Shown here: in pieces, positions 1 through 9,839 of the stretch
Layout: each line of letters begins with the position of its first letter
Position numbering within the stretch: the first letter of the stretch is position 1
NCBI GenBank assembly: GCA_965207065.1
Contig: OZ242260.1
Location: 2,560,001 to 2,624,000, forward strand
DNA length: 64,000 bases
Reading direction: 5' to 3'
Source: a bacterium
GTDB taxonomy: Bacteria > UBA8248
Position numbers and translations under genes: made by a program
Notes under the pieces: model-generated
Databases searched by the model: none
What the model saw: the letters and a program-made list of their open reading frames with translations, nothing else
Told to the model about the DNA's origin: nothing

Positions 1-1
1 C

Positions 2-301
2 GTGATGCACGTGGACGCCCCCGTGCTGGTGGTGTTGACCACGGAACTCACGCCCAGACGCCACCTTGGATCGGCGCTGGGCATTCAATCGGGTTTGGGT
101 TTTCTGCTTGGTTCTCTTGCGCCCATGGTAGTGGGGATATTTTTAGATATGAGTAATGATTCGAGTACTGGTGAACTGCCGCTCAATTGGGACTGGGCGT
201 TCATCGGGCCGGGAGTTGCCGCTATCCTGGGAGGGGTCGCCACGATTTTTGTCGCCCGGCGCTTCATTGGCGGGAAAAAGCCGCAGAAGGGCGAAGCATA
301 G
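2..301 (+). CDS. MFS transporter, C-terminal part (truncated by window edge)
   Basis: Hydrophobic helices with MFS-like 'ELTPRRHLGSALGIQSGLGFLLGSLAPMVVG' segment; stop at 299-301. Confidence 0.7.
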   Translation: MMHVDAPVLVVLTTELTPRRHLGSALGIQSGLGFLLGSLAPMVVGIFLDMSNDSSTGELPLNWDWAFIGPGVAAILGGVATIFVARRFIGGKKPQKGEA

Positions 302-507
302 GCTTCAAGATCATGATTATCTCCGTAGGCGCCTCATGCGAGAGTCCGTTACATAATTCCGTATGCTTGACGATATGAGTGGTTTTGATATGATTCGCTC
401 TACCATTTGAAAAGAACATTGTATACAGACTGTAACTGAACCGAGTGTATTCTGAAGAGAGGGTTTCTTCGCACTCTTTTGAACTGCTACTTAACGAGCA
501 GAGGAGA

Positions 508-1527
508 ATGAAAATGCTGAAAGGAATCATTGCTGGTCTGTTGGCGGTGGCTTTTCTGAGCGCGCCGGCGTTCGCCGCGGATGAGGCGACCATGCGCGCC
601 GCCAAGAAAGAAGGGAAAGTAACCTGGTATACTTCCATTACTCTGAACATCGCGCAGGATCTTTGCAACCGTTACAACAAGAAAAAAACGGGTGTTAAGT
701 GCATCGTACATCGTGACGGCTCGGGCAAGCTCTACCGCCGTTATCTGCAAGAGCGCAAGGGCGGCATTTACGTCGCAGACGTGATACACACATCGAACCT
801 GGGCCATTTCCTGAACTTAAAAGCCAAGAAAATCATCACCCCCTACAAACCGGCCGGAACGGACAACTTCAACGCGAAGTTCGTGACGAAGGATAACTCC
901 TGGACGATCCTTCGCGCGGGCGTTTTGATGCCCTTTTACAACACCAAGAAAGTCAGCGAGAAAGACGCGCCCAAGACGTATGCGGATTTCCTCGATCCCA
1001 AATGGAAGGGCAAAATAGTACATTCGCATCCCAGCTACAGCGGGTTTGTCACGAACGGCATGATCAACATCGTGAACAGATTCGGCTGGGATTATTACAA
1101 GAAGATGGCCAAGCAAAAGCCCAAGATCGTGCAATCGGCGGCCGGGGGCATTCCTCTCGTAGCGCGTGGGGAGGCTTGGCTGGGAGCGGGCACGACCTCG
1201 TATTCGCTACTCAAACTGATGCAGAAAGGCGAGCCGCTCAAGCCCGTCATCCCGCCGACGGGTCTGGCTTTGGTGACCTCGCCGAACGGCGTATTCACGA
1301 AGGCCCCGAACCCCAACGCCGCGCGCGTGTTCACTGATTATCTATTCAGCCGCGAGGCCATGCAGCTTCTGGCGGATTACTTCCTCTATGTGGGTGATCC
1401 CGGCGTGAAGTATCCCAAAGGATTGCCTGCGCTCAAGGACATCAACCTGATGGCCATCGGCGGAGATGAACTGAAGAAGAAGAACAAGCCGACGCGCAAA
1501 ATGTTCAAGAAGCTCTTCGGCGTATAA
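508..1527 (+). CDS. ABC transporter substrate-binding protein (Fe3+/thiamine/polyamine-like family)
   Basis: GAGGAG RBS before ATG 508; signal peptide ending APAFA; 'AAKKEGKVTWYTS', 'DFLDPKWKGKI', 'APNPNAARVFTDYLFS' motifs. Confidence 0.88.
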   Translation: MKMLKGIIAGLLAVAFLSAPAFAADEATMRAAKKEGKVTWYTSITLNIAQDLCNRYNKKKTGVKCIVHRDGSGKLYRRYLQERKGGIYVADVIHTSNLGHFLNLKAKKIITPYKPAGTDNFNAKFVTKDNSWTILRAGVLMPFYNTKKVSEKDAPKTYADFLDPKWKGKIVHSHPSYSGFVTNGMINIVNRFGWDYYKKMAKQKPKIVQSAAGGIPLVARGEAWLGAGTTSYSLLKLMQKGEPLKPVIPPTGLALVTSPNGVFTKAPNPNAARVFTDYLFSREAMQLLADYFLYVGDPGVKYPKGLPALKDINLMAIGGDELKKKNKPTRKMFKKLFGV

Positions 1528-1534
1528 ATCAAGT

Positions 1535-1584
1535 ATGAGCGGGAGCGGTTTCTTGCGTAAATCGAGGAATCGCTCCCGTTTCAT
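1535..1584 (+). terminator. Stem-loop between binding-protein and permease genes
   Basis: ATGAGCGGGAGCGGTTTCTT ... GAGGAATCGCTCCCGTTTCAT inverted repeat followed by T-run. Confidence 0.65.
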
Positions 1585-1645
1585 TTTAGTTTTGACAGAA
1601 TGAATTTTTTGAAAATGTTTGATTTCTAAAAGGAAAGATGAGGAT

Positions 1646-3391
1646 ATGACGCAAGATGCTCAACAGCTACCCGGAACGATATCGGGTGGCGAGCCCTCAG
1701 CCACCAAGAAATTCGACTATACTGTCATTGTCTGGGTAGTACTGCTCATCCTTCTGATCATCCTGGTGGCGAATCCCATCTTCCAGCTTTTTAAGGAAAG
1801 TTTCTTCGTTTCTGAAGATGAGGCAGGCGGCTTCACTTTCCAGAATTATATCGACGCTTTCGAAACCGATGAATACTACAAGCCGATGTACATCACGATG
1901 ATGCTTGCCGTCTCCGTGGGCAGCATTTCCCTGGTGGTGGGAGCCGTGATGGCCTGGGTGGTCAGCCGAACGGACATCCCATTTCCGAATTTAATCCGGA
2001 ACGGCATCCTGGCCTCTTTCGTGACGCCTCCCTTCCTGGGCGCCATCGCCTGGATATTCCTGGCGGGAAGAAACGAAGGGTGGCTGAATAAATGGATTCG
2101 CGGGATATTTCAGTTGAGTGACGAGTTTTATCTGTTCGATATTTTTACGATGAAGGGCGTCGTTTTCGCCATGTCGCTCTACACGTTCCCTCTCGTCTTT
2201 ATCGTTGTTTTAGCAGGCCTGAACAATATTTCCTCGGACGTGGAAGACGCGGCCAACGTAGCGGGCGGCGGCACGTTCAACACCATGTTCAGCATCACTT
2301 TGCCTCTGGTGGCGCCTTCTCTGTTCGCGGGTTTCATTCTGGCGGCGCTTGAGGCCATGATTCTTTTCGGCATCCCGGCCGTATTGGCGATACCGGCGGG
2401 CCAGCACACGATGACGACCCAGCTCCGCGCTTTTATGGTATCGGAAGACGACCTGCTTGGTTTGGCCTCCGCCTACGCAATGCCCATGCTGATTTTGGCG
2501 ATAGGGATGGTCTGGACTCGAGGCATTGTATTGGGCCGCAGGGGTTACGCTACCGTCGGCGGTAAGGGAGGGCAGAGGCGGCCGCAAAAGCTGGGCGTTT
2601 GGCGGCTCCCGATATTCGTGCTGTGCATGGTTCCGCTCGTGTGTGCCATTGTGTTGCCTTCGCTCGCTTTGCTTACCACGTCGTTCATGAAAAACCTGGG
2701 CGGCGGATTGGTATGGTCAAACTTCACCTTATGGAATTATCATTTCATATTGACGAATGATGCGGTGAGGGAATCCATATACAATACGATATTGCTGGCC
2801 ATCATGGCGGCGACCGGCGCCACTATCGTGGCTGCGATTTCCGCTTTCATCTCACAGCGCAAGCTCATCAAGGGACATCAATACATGGGGTTCATGGCGA
2901 CCGCGCCCATCGGGATTCCCGGCATCGTCCTGGCGGTGGGTCTGTTCGCGGCCTATACGAAACAGCCCTTTGTGCTGTATGGGACGCTGTGGATCATGTT
3001 CCTGGCCTATCTCACCAAATACTTGCCCCTTGCGTATCAGACGGCGAACGCAGGCCTCACGAGCATTCATCCCGAGCTCGAGGAGAGTTGCCGCATCATG
3101 GGGGCGAATCGGCTTCAGGTATTCAAGGACGTGACGATCCCCTTGTTCAAGACGGCCGTCATCGCGTCATGGATATTGGTGTTCATGCCCTCGCTCAGGG
3201 AATTGAGCGCGTCGGTTCTGCTTTGGACGACGAACACGAAGGTCATCTCGGTTGTCATCGTCGATTTCTATGAAGAAACGCTGTTGGGTCCCATATCGGC
3301 CCTGGGGGTTTTGCTCTTGCTCATCACCTTGGTGGCGATTGCAGTCGGTTTCCGCGTGGCGGGACGGGACTTCATGCGTTCCGCTGGATAA
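1646..3391 (+). CDS. ABC transporter permease, two fused TM modules (FbpB-like)
   Basis: Two EAA-type loops ('DVEDAANVAGG', 'ELEESCRIMGA'); many TM helices; operon position. Confidence 0.9.
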   Translation: MTQDAQQLPGTISGGEPSATKKFDYTVIVWVVLLILLIILVANPIFQLFKESFFVSEDEAGGFTFQNYIDAFETDEYYKPMYITMMLAVSVGSISLVVGAVMAWVVSRTDIPFPNLIRNGILASFVTPPFLGAIAWIFLAGRNEGWLNKWIRGIFQLSDEFYLFDIFTMKGVVFAMSLYTFPLVFIVVLAGLNNISSDVEDAANVAGGGTFNTMFSITLPLVAPSLFAGFILAALEAMILFGIPAVLAIPAGQHTMTTQLRAFMVSEDDLLGLASAYAMPMLILAIGMVWTRGIVLGRRGYATVGGKGGQRRPQKLGVWRLPIFVLCMVPLVCAIVLPSLALLTTSFMKNLGGGLVWSNFTLWNYHFILTNDAVRESIYNTILLAIMAATGATIVAAISAFISQRKLIKGHQYMGFMATAPIGIPGIVLAVGLFAAYTKQPFVLYGTLWIMFLAYLTKYLPLAYQTANAGLTSIHPELEESCRIMGANRLQVFKDVTIPLFKTAVIASWILVFMPSLRELSASVLLWTTNTKVISVVIVDFYEETLLGPISALGVLLLLITLVAIAVGFRVAGRDFMRSAG

Positions 3392-3407
3392 AGAAGGGAG
3401 ATTTACG

Positions 3408-4487
3408 TTGGCTGTTTTAGACTTAAAAGGTCTATTGAAGATTTTCGGCACTGACGTTCGGGCGGTGGATGAGATAGACCTGCACATCGAACACGGGGAG
3501 TTGATTTCTCTCTTGGGGCCATCGGGTTGCGGCAAGACGACGACGTTGCGCCTCGTGGCCGGTTTCATCGAGCCGAACGGCGGTGAAATCATCATGGATG
3601 GGGAGACCGTATCGAATGAAAGCAGTGTCATACCGCCCGAGCGCCGCAACATGAGTATGATTTTTCAGAGCTACGCAATCTGGCCGCACAAGACGGTGGC
3701 CCAGAATGTGGGTTATGGATTGAAATTCCGCGGTATTACGGGCGCCGAGGCGGACAAGCGCGTGAATAGCCTCCTTTCCGTCGTGCAAATGGATCATCTG
3801 GGCGCCCGGTATCCGGGAGAACTCTCGGGTGGCCAGCAGCAACGCGTGGCGCTGGCCCGCGCTCTCGTGGTCGAGCCGGCCGTGTTGCTGCTTGATGAGC
3901 CGCTCTCGAACCTCGACGCCAACCTGCGCGAGGAGATGCGCTTCGAGATCAGGCGCCTGCACGATGAATTTAACATAACGAGTATTTATGTGACCCACGA
4001 TCAGGCCGAGGCTATGGTCACCAGCGACAGAATCTGCGTCATGAACAGCGGGAAGATCGAGCAAGTGGGCAAGCCGTCTGATATTTACGATATTCCGGCG
4101 ACGAAGTTCGTAGCCGAATTTGTCGGCGTGACGAACTCGATTCCAGGAAAGATCAGTTCTCCGGAACTTTTCGAGGCCGACGACGGCGCAAAATTCATGA
4201 TGAACCCGGACGGCGGAAAAACGGGAGAGCTCGTCTCGATACGGCCCCACCGCATTCAGGTACATTCCGAGAATGCCGACGTGGGTGGCGCGGACGCCCA
4301 GAACGTGCTCGATGGCGAGGTGACGCGCGGCTATTATTTCGGCAGCACGGTGGATTACCTCGTAAAGGTGCCGGGTCTGAATGAACCGCTTCGCGTCATC
4401 GGCGATCCGCATGAGTTCTTCGGCGTAGGCAGCAAGGTCCGGTTGACGATCGAAAAAGCGGCGGTCATTCTCGTGAGCGACAGTTAA
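3408..4487 (+). CDS. ABC transporter ATP-binding protein (PotA/FbpC-like)
   Basis: Walker A GPSGCGKT, LSGGQQQ signature, LLLDEP; TTG start 3408 after GGGAG. Confidence 0.92.
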   Translation: MAVLDLKGLLKIFGTDVRAVDEIDLHIEHGELISLLGPSGCGKTTTLRLVAGFIEPNGGEIIMDGETVSNESSVIPPERRNMSMIFQSYAIWPHKTVAQNVGYGLKFRGITGAEADKRVNSLLSVVQMDHLGARYPGELSGGQQQRVALARALVVEPAVLLLDEPLSNLDANLREEMRFEIRRLHDEFNITSIYVTHDQAEAMVTSDRICVMNSGKIEQVGKPSDIYDIPATKFVAEFVGVTNSIPGKISSPELFEADDGAKFMMNPDGGKTGELVSIRPHRIQVHSENADVGGADAQNVLDGEVTRGYYFGSTVDYLVKVPGLNEPLRVIGDPHEFFGVGSKVRLTIEKAAVILVSDS

Positions 4488-4497
4488 AGACTCATCG

Positions 4498-5460
4498 ATG
4501 CAAATCGTTATTCCAGACGATTGCTACCAGTTGTTCGAAGGTTCCGAATCTCTCGGGCGATTGCGCGCCCTGGGCGACGTACATTACTACACTGACAATG
4601 CCGAAAGCGAAGAATTGCTCCGCGATCGCCTGCATAACGCGGAAATCATCCTCACGACCAGATATCAGACCGACTTCAAGACGACCGACTTGCTGGATCA
4701 TATTCCCCACCTCAAGATGATTTCCGTGATGGGCACGCGCCCGCGCATGATCGACATGGAGCGCGTGAACGAACGCGGGATCGTGGTGAGCACGACGCCG
4801 GCGGCGAGCGCCTCATCCGTGGCCGAGCACACGATGATGCTGATCCTGGCGTTGGTGAAAAGAATGCCGCTCATGTTCCCCGCCATGAGAGAGGGCGGCT
4901 GGCCCCAGGATCTAGGAATCGAACTTTCCGGAAAGACACTGGGACTCATCGGTTTCGGCCACATTGCTCGCCTGGTCTGCCGCATGGCCCTGGGCTTCGG
5001 GATGCGGGTCGTCACCTGCTCACCTTCGATGACGCCTGAGCGCGCGCAGGCGGAGGGGGCGGAAGCGGCATCCGTCGAGGAATGTCTCGCGTCAGACGTG
5101 GTGTCGCTCCATCTTCATCTGCCGGCGGGAGCCGCGCCATTCATGACCAGAGAGAAATTCGCGCAGATGAAGGAAACGGCGTTTTTCATCAATACGGCGC
5201 GCGCTCAGATTGTGGATGAGGATGCGCTGCTGGATGCCTTGCGAAACCGGCGCATCGCAGGCGCAGGCCTCGATGTATTCGAGCCTTTTGAGCCGTTGCC
5301 GAAGGATTCGATATATCGTTCTCTGGGTAACGTCATCATCACGCCGCATTCGGCGTGGATTACAGACGGCACCTACGCGAGGTTCCGCGACGTGCCCGTA
5401 GCGAACATCGAAGCGTTTTTGAGGGGTGCACCCGCCAACGTCGTGAGGGAAAACGCTTAG
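4498..5460 (+). CDS. D-isomer-specific 2-hydroxyacid dehydrogenase family protein
   Basis: GKTLGLIGFGHI NAD motif, FINTARA, AGLDVF, TPHSA. Confidence 0.9.
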   Translation: MQIVIPDDCYQLFEGSESLGRLRALGDVHYYTDNAESEELLRDRLHNAEIILTTRYQTDFKTTDLLDHIPHLKMISVMGTRPRMIDMERVNERGIVVSTTPAASASSVAEHTMMLILALVKRMPLMFPAMREGGWPQDLGIELSGKTLGLIGFGHIARLVCRMALGFGMRVVTCSPSMTPERAQAEGAEAASVEECLASDVVSLHLHLPAGAAPFMTREKFAQMKETAFFINTARAQIVDEDALLDALRNRRIAGAGLDVFEPFEPLPKDSIYRSLGNVIITPHSAWITDGTYARFRDVPVANIEAFLRGAPANVVRENA

Positions 5461-5474
5461 GCCACCAGAGGAAT

Positions 5475-5511
5475 CCGCCCCGGCAGGTAGAGTGCCGCCG
5501 GGGCGGTTTTT
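5475..5511. terminator. Intrinsic terminator between convergent genes
   Basis: CCGCCCCGGC ... GCCGGGGCGG stem followed by TTTTT. Confidence 0.75.
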
Positions 5512-5512
5512 A

Positions 5513-6193
5513 TTACTCTTTTTTGATCAGGATGTTGTTGTACACCAGGGCCGCAGCCACGCCGCCGATGATGGGCCCTATCCAATAGACGAGGTGGTTG
5601 ATACCGTCGAAGCCGCCCCCGGCCAGAGCGGGGCCGAATGTGCGCGCCGGATTCATGGATGCACCTGTGAGTGGACCTCCCATCAGAATGTCTGCTGCGA
5701 TGGTGAGACCGATCGCGAAGCCCCCCACATCGGGGTGTCTGTCGTCCACGGCGGAACCCCAGATAGCGGTGACGAGGAAGAACGTGAGAATGATCTCGAT
5801 CAGAATCCCCATGCCGAAGCTCACGTCACTCGCCAGGGTCGGGGTTCCCAGATTCACCTTTTGCCAAACGTCGGCGGCAAAGATGATTCTCAACAGAATT
5901 CCGGCCACGGTTCCACCGACCAGTTGGCTGATGATGTAGGAAATGCCTGTGCCGCCGTCTGTCCTTTTGGTGACCATAAAGCCGATTGTGACGGCCGGAT
6001 TGAAATGACCGCCCGATACGTGCCCCATGGCGGAAATCATAACCGAGAGGATCAATCCGTGGGCCAGGGCGATGCCGATGAGACCTACGGCTCCACCCGT
6101 CTTCTGATTTAAGATGATGGCGCCGGCGCCTATGAAGCACAGCGCAAACGTGCCGATGGCTTCCGCGACGCAGGCCCTTCCTGTAGGACTCAT
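5513..6193 (-). CDS. MIP family channel (aquaporin)
   Basis: Two NPA boxes (SGGHFNPAVT, GASMNPARTFGP), YWIGP; ATG 6193 after AAGGAG. Confidence 0.95.
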   Translation of the reverse strand: MSPTGRACVAEAIGTFALCFIGAGAIILNQKTGGAVGLIGIALAHGLILSVMISAMGHVSGGHFNPAVTIGFMVTKRTDGGTGISYIISQLVGGTVAGILLRIIFAADVWQKVNLGTPTLASDVSFGMGILIEIILTFFLVTAIWGSAVDDRHPDVGGFAIGLTIAADILMGGPLTGASMNPARTFGPALAGGGFDGINHLVYWIGPIIGGVAAALVYNNILIKKE

Positions 6194-6311
6194 TTTCTTC
6201 TCCTTATTCGTTCGGGCGAAAGAATTGGAGGAAAATTCATGCCGCCATAGACTCGATCCGAAGGACTCCAAGCGCTAAAAACAGTTTATCTATATGCCTC
6301 ATTATAGCAAA

Positions 6312-7271
6312 TCATGATGGATGCACCACGTTTTGAGGGTTGCCCGAGAATGCGGCGGCAATGTTTTCCACCGACATCAGAAGTCCTGCTTCCGTCACCT
6401 CGGGCGTGATGCCCGCATTGTGCGGGGAGAGAACCACGTTGTTCAGTTTCCCGAGTGGATGGTTCGGGGGCAGAGGCTCCTGGTCGAATACGTCGAGACC
6501 CGCCGCAGCCAGAGCTCCGTTTTCCAAAGCCGAAATGAGCGCCGCTTCATCTACTATGGGTCCACGGGCGGTGTTCACCAGAATGGTATCCGGCCCCATG
6601 CGGGAGAACGCCTCGGCGCCGACCATGCCGATTGTGTCCGCCGATTGCCGTACGTGTATCGAGACGACATCGGACCGTTCATACAAAGTGTTCAAGTTGA
6701 CGAACTCAAGACCTACCTCCGCAGCGAACTCATCGTCTGGATGAAAAGTCCAGGCGATGAGTTTCATTCCGATACCGGCGGCGATGCGGGCTGTCTGACG
6801 GCCGATGGCGCCAAGGCCGATGAGGCCGAGCGTTTTTCCGTTCAATTGCGTCATCTGCCCCCGCGGCCACTCGTCTGCCCGCATGGCGGTATCGTTTCCG
6901 GGTATCTGGCGCGCCGCCGCCATCATCAGGGCCAGGGTGTGCTCGGCCACGGAAACGGCGGCCACGCCCGGCGTGTTTGAAATAATGACGCCTGCGCTCT
7001 CGGCCGCGCCTAAATCGACGTGGTCCGTGCCCGTTCCCCAAATTGAAAGTACCTTGAGAGCACCGCAATTCGAGAAAAAATCCGCGTCGAACTTGCAAAA
7101 AGCACGGATGTTGATGATGCCGTCCGCGCCTGAAACGCGCTTCAGCAACTCTTCAGGCGTTTGCGGGTTTGAGGTGTGGATATCCGCGTCCCCGATTTCG
7201 CGTAGCCGGGCCTCGGCGGCGCTGCCCATGAAAACGGAAGGATAGTCATCTGGTACGACGATTCGGTTCAT
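6312..7271 (-). CDS. D-isomer-specific 2-hydroxyacid dehydrogenase family protein
   Basis: GKTLGLIGLGAIG, LVNTARG, AGLDVFDQEP, SPHNAG. Confidence 0.9.
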   Translation of the reverse strand: MNRIVVPDDYPSVFMGSAAEARLREIGDADIHTSNPQTPEELLKRVSGADGIINIRAFCKFDADFFSNCGALKVLSIWGTGTDHVDLGAAESAGVIISNTPGVAAVSVAEHTLALMMAAARQIPGNDTAMRADEWPRGQMTQLNGKTLGLIGLGAIGRQTARIAAGIGMKLIAWTFHPDDEFAAEVGLEFVNLNTLYERSDVVSIHVRQSADTIGMVGAEAFSRMGPDTILVNTARGPIVDEAALISALENGALAAAGLDVFDQEPLPPNHPLGKLNNVVLSPHNAGITPEVTEAGLLMSVENIAAAFSGNPQNVVHPS

Positions 7272-7391
7272 AAAATTGCCCCTTAATAATCACGAGAATA
7301 CGAGTGTTCCAGCGGTTCTCATACACAGCCCTTGCGTGCATAATATCGTCTTTCTTCCGCCATTCTTATGACACCAAAGGAGACAAAACAA

Positions 7392-7946
7392 GTGGAACCT
7401 CTTGATCCGCGTAAAGACAGTACTGTTCCCGGTGAGCGTGCCATCGACAAGCCCGAACTCCCCACGCAGGGCTATGCTTTCACCATGTCCGCCGACACCG
7501 AAACGATAGAGGGAAAGGGACAGCTCAAGTTGGGGACGCACAGGCATTTCGAAGTGTATTGCGACGAGCCGCCCCGCATCGGCGGGGAGGATTCCTACCC
7601 CCAACCGCTTTGCTATATCGCCATGGGAGTCGGGTTCTGACTCCTCACCCAGCTTGCGCGGTACGCGCATATGATGAAAGTGTCTTTTACGCACGCCAAG
7701 GTACAAGTAGATTTCGATTATTTTTTGAGGGGTTCCGTTCTCAAAGGCACGGTAAATTCCGGCTGCAACGAGGTCCGAACGCACTTTGAGGTGGAATCCG
7801 ATGAATCGGCGGAGAAAATACTCGCGGTGATCAAGAATGCGAAGCAAGGATGCTTCGCCGAACAAATGGTGACGGCCGCCGTTCCACTGAAAAGCACAGT
7901 GAACTTGAATGGCGAATCGGTCTCGCTGAGCGGCGTCACGGCATAA
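7392..7946 (+). CDS. OsmC/Ohr-family peroxiredoxin-like protein, probable selenoprotein (in-frame TGA 7638-7640 = Sec)
   Basis: ORFs 7368-7640 and 7671-7946 share a frame; joined they read 'CDEPPRIGGEDSYPQPLCYIAMGVGF-U-LLTQLARYA...KQGCFAE', the OsmC layout with TGA at the first catalytic Cys; GTG 7392 follows AAGGAG. Confidence 0.85.
7655..7669 (+). promoter_or_regulatory. Candidate bacterial SECIS hairpin
   Basis: TGCGCG-GTA-CGCGCA; G-starting loop about 20 nt 3' of the TGA. Confidence 0.7.
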
Positions 7947-8052
7947 AACGCATGACTTCCTGACTTTGGAAGCAAGCTTTTGCTTCTCGTGATTCCAGGA
8001 GCCCGCCACTTGAACCTGGAGAGGGCCGCTTCGTCCTCCCTGGAAGGGGGAT

Positions 8053-9561
8053 TTACGCGGTGTCCGCGTTCGCCTGGGCGGCGCATTGTCCCGCTGCGGT
8101 GCCCGCCAGCTTGCCGTAGACGGAGCCCAGGGTAAGCCCCGCGCCTCCCGGGTAGTTGAAGTAGTAGACGCCGCCCACGAGTTCGCCCGCAGCGAACAGC
8201 CCGGGGATTATTTCATTTTCGGTGCTCATGACTTCCGCTTTGGGCGTCACGCGGATGCCGCCGAAGGTGAACGTGATTCCCGTGGTGACTGCGAATCCGA
8301 TGTAGGGCGGTTCGTCGATGGGAAGCGCCCAGTTCGATTTCGGGGGGTCGATGCCTTTCGTGCCTTTTCCGTCTTTGATGGTCGGGTTGTATTCACCCGG
8401 CTGGATGGCGGCGTTGTATTCCTGAACGGTTTTGACGAACTCGTCGACATCGATCTCGAGTTGACTCGCGAGTTCTTCCAGCGTGTTGGCCTCGCCCTTG
8501 GTGACTTCGCGGATACGATATTCGTCGCGCAGCATATGAACCGTTTTCTGGTCGAATATCTGAAAGGCGGCCCGCTGGGGTTGCTGGAGAATGTTCCGGC
8601 CGTATTTGGCGTAGGTATAGTTTCTGAAATCGGCTCCCTCATCCACGAAGCGCTTCCCCTCGATGTTCACGATGATGCCGAACGGATAGGAGTGTTTCTG
8701 GTAGGATTCTCCTACCGTGAGGTCACCGAAGGGCGGGGCGTTCAAGTCCCAGGCGACGGCGTGGCACCCGCTCCAGTTGCCATAGGGCTGCGCTCCGATA
8801 TCGAGCGCCATCTTGATGCCGTCGCCCGTGTTGTAAGGGGTGCCGCGGACTTTTGCGAGTTCCCAGCCCGGACCCAGGTAGCGGCAGCGCATCTCCGCGT
8901 TCGCCTCGAAACCGCCCGACGCCAGAACGACCCCGTGGGTTTCGACCGTGTAGGGTCCATCGGGGCCTTTGACTTCCACACCCGTCACGCCGCCCATCGG
9001 GTCCGTGATGAGACGCATCGCCTTCGAAGCGTAGCGAATATCCACTCCGGCATTGTTCGCGGCATCGAGGAGTGAATCGATGAGGCCCCGTCCACCGCCG
9101 ACGATCTCGAGAACCAGTCCTCCCCAGAAGCGCATCTTGCCGTCGACTTTGAATGCCTGCCGCCCGCTTGCGAGGATGAGCCGCAGGCCCTTGGACTGCA
9201 TCCATTTCAGTGTCGGAAACGACTCGTGGATGAGGACGGAGGCGAGGTCGCCGTCGGTCTGGTATTCGGTCAGCAGGGCAAGATCGTCAAAGAATTTCTC
9301 CGACGTGTAGGGGTCGATCTCGATGTTTTCCTTCTCGGCGTCGGAAAGATCGGGTACGAGCGAGTAGATGTCTTCGATACTGTTGAAGGCAAAGCGGAAG
9401 AGGCCTCCCGAGAAAGCGGAATTCCCGCCGCGCCATGCTTCGGGCGCTTTCTCGAGCACCAGCACATTGGCCCCCTGGTCCCGCGCCGCCAGCGATGCGC
9501 AAAGAGCGGCGTTGCCGCAGCCCACGACGACGACATCATATTTCTCTGTAGCTTTCGGCAT
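8053..9561 (-). CDS. tcuA: FAD-dependent tricarballylate dehydrogenase TcuA-family flavoprotein
   Basis: 'DVVVVGCGNAALCAS', 'RGGNS', 'VRGTPYNTGDG', 'RFVDEGADFRNYTYAKYG', 'GITFTFGG', 'NYPGGAGL' motifs typical of TcuA/CobZ. Confidence 0.8.
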   Translation of the reverse strand: MPKATEKYDVVVVGCGNAALCASLAARDQGANVLVLEKAPEAWRGGNSAFSGGLFRFAFNSIEDIYSLVPDLSDAEKENIEIDPYTSEKFFDDLALLTEYQTDGDLASVLIHESFPTLKWMQSKGLRLILASGRQAFKVDGKMRFWGGLVLEIVGGGRGLIDSLLDAANNAGVDIRYASKAMRLITDPMGGVTGVEVKGPDGPYTVETHGVVLASGGFEANAEMRCRYLGPGWELAKVRGTPYNTGDGIKMALDIGAQPYGNWSGCHAVAWDLNAPPFGDLTVGESYQKHSYPFGIIVNIEGKRFVDEGADFRNYTYAKYGRNILQQPQRAAFQIFDQKTVHMLRDEYRIREVTKGEANTLEELASQLEIDVDEFVKTVQEYNAAIQPGEYNPTIKDGKGTKGIDPPKSNWALPIDEPPYIGFAVTTGITFTFGGIRVTPKAEVMSTENEIIPGLFAAGELVGGVYYFNYPGGAGLTLGSVYGKLAGTAAGQCAAQANADTA

Positions 9562-9839
9562 TTCTCAAAACCTCCTCGAGGCCTTGGGTTCAAGGCGACT
9601 CATGTTTTGCGGATATGGGGGTGAGACCATTCCATGGGGGTTTTCCATCAAATCCGGCAGTCGGAAAAACAGCTTCTTAACTAGCATATTGTCGGGGCTT
9701 GGTCAAAAACACCCGGAATGAGGTGACTATTCACTGCATCGCGCTATCACAAGTAGCGTGGAGCCGCCCGTCATCTGTTCGGTTGACCATCCCGGTCGGC
9801 TCCCATAGAATTTTCACTTCACCTTCATGAAGGAGAGTC

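Noticed and set aside
7671-7946. Separate 91-aa ORF
   Set aside because: No RBS, in frame with the upstream ORF, and only half an OsmC fold; better explained as the post-UGA part of one gene.
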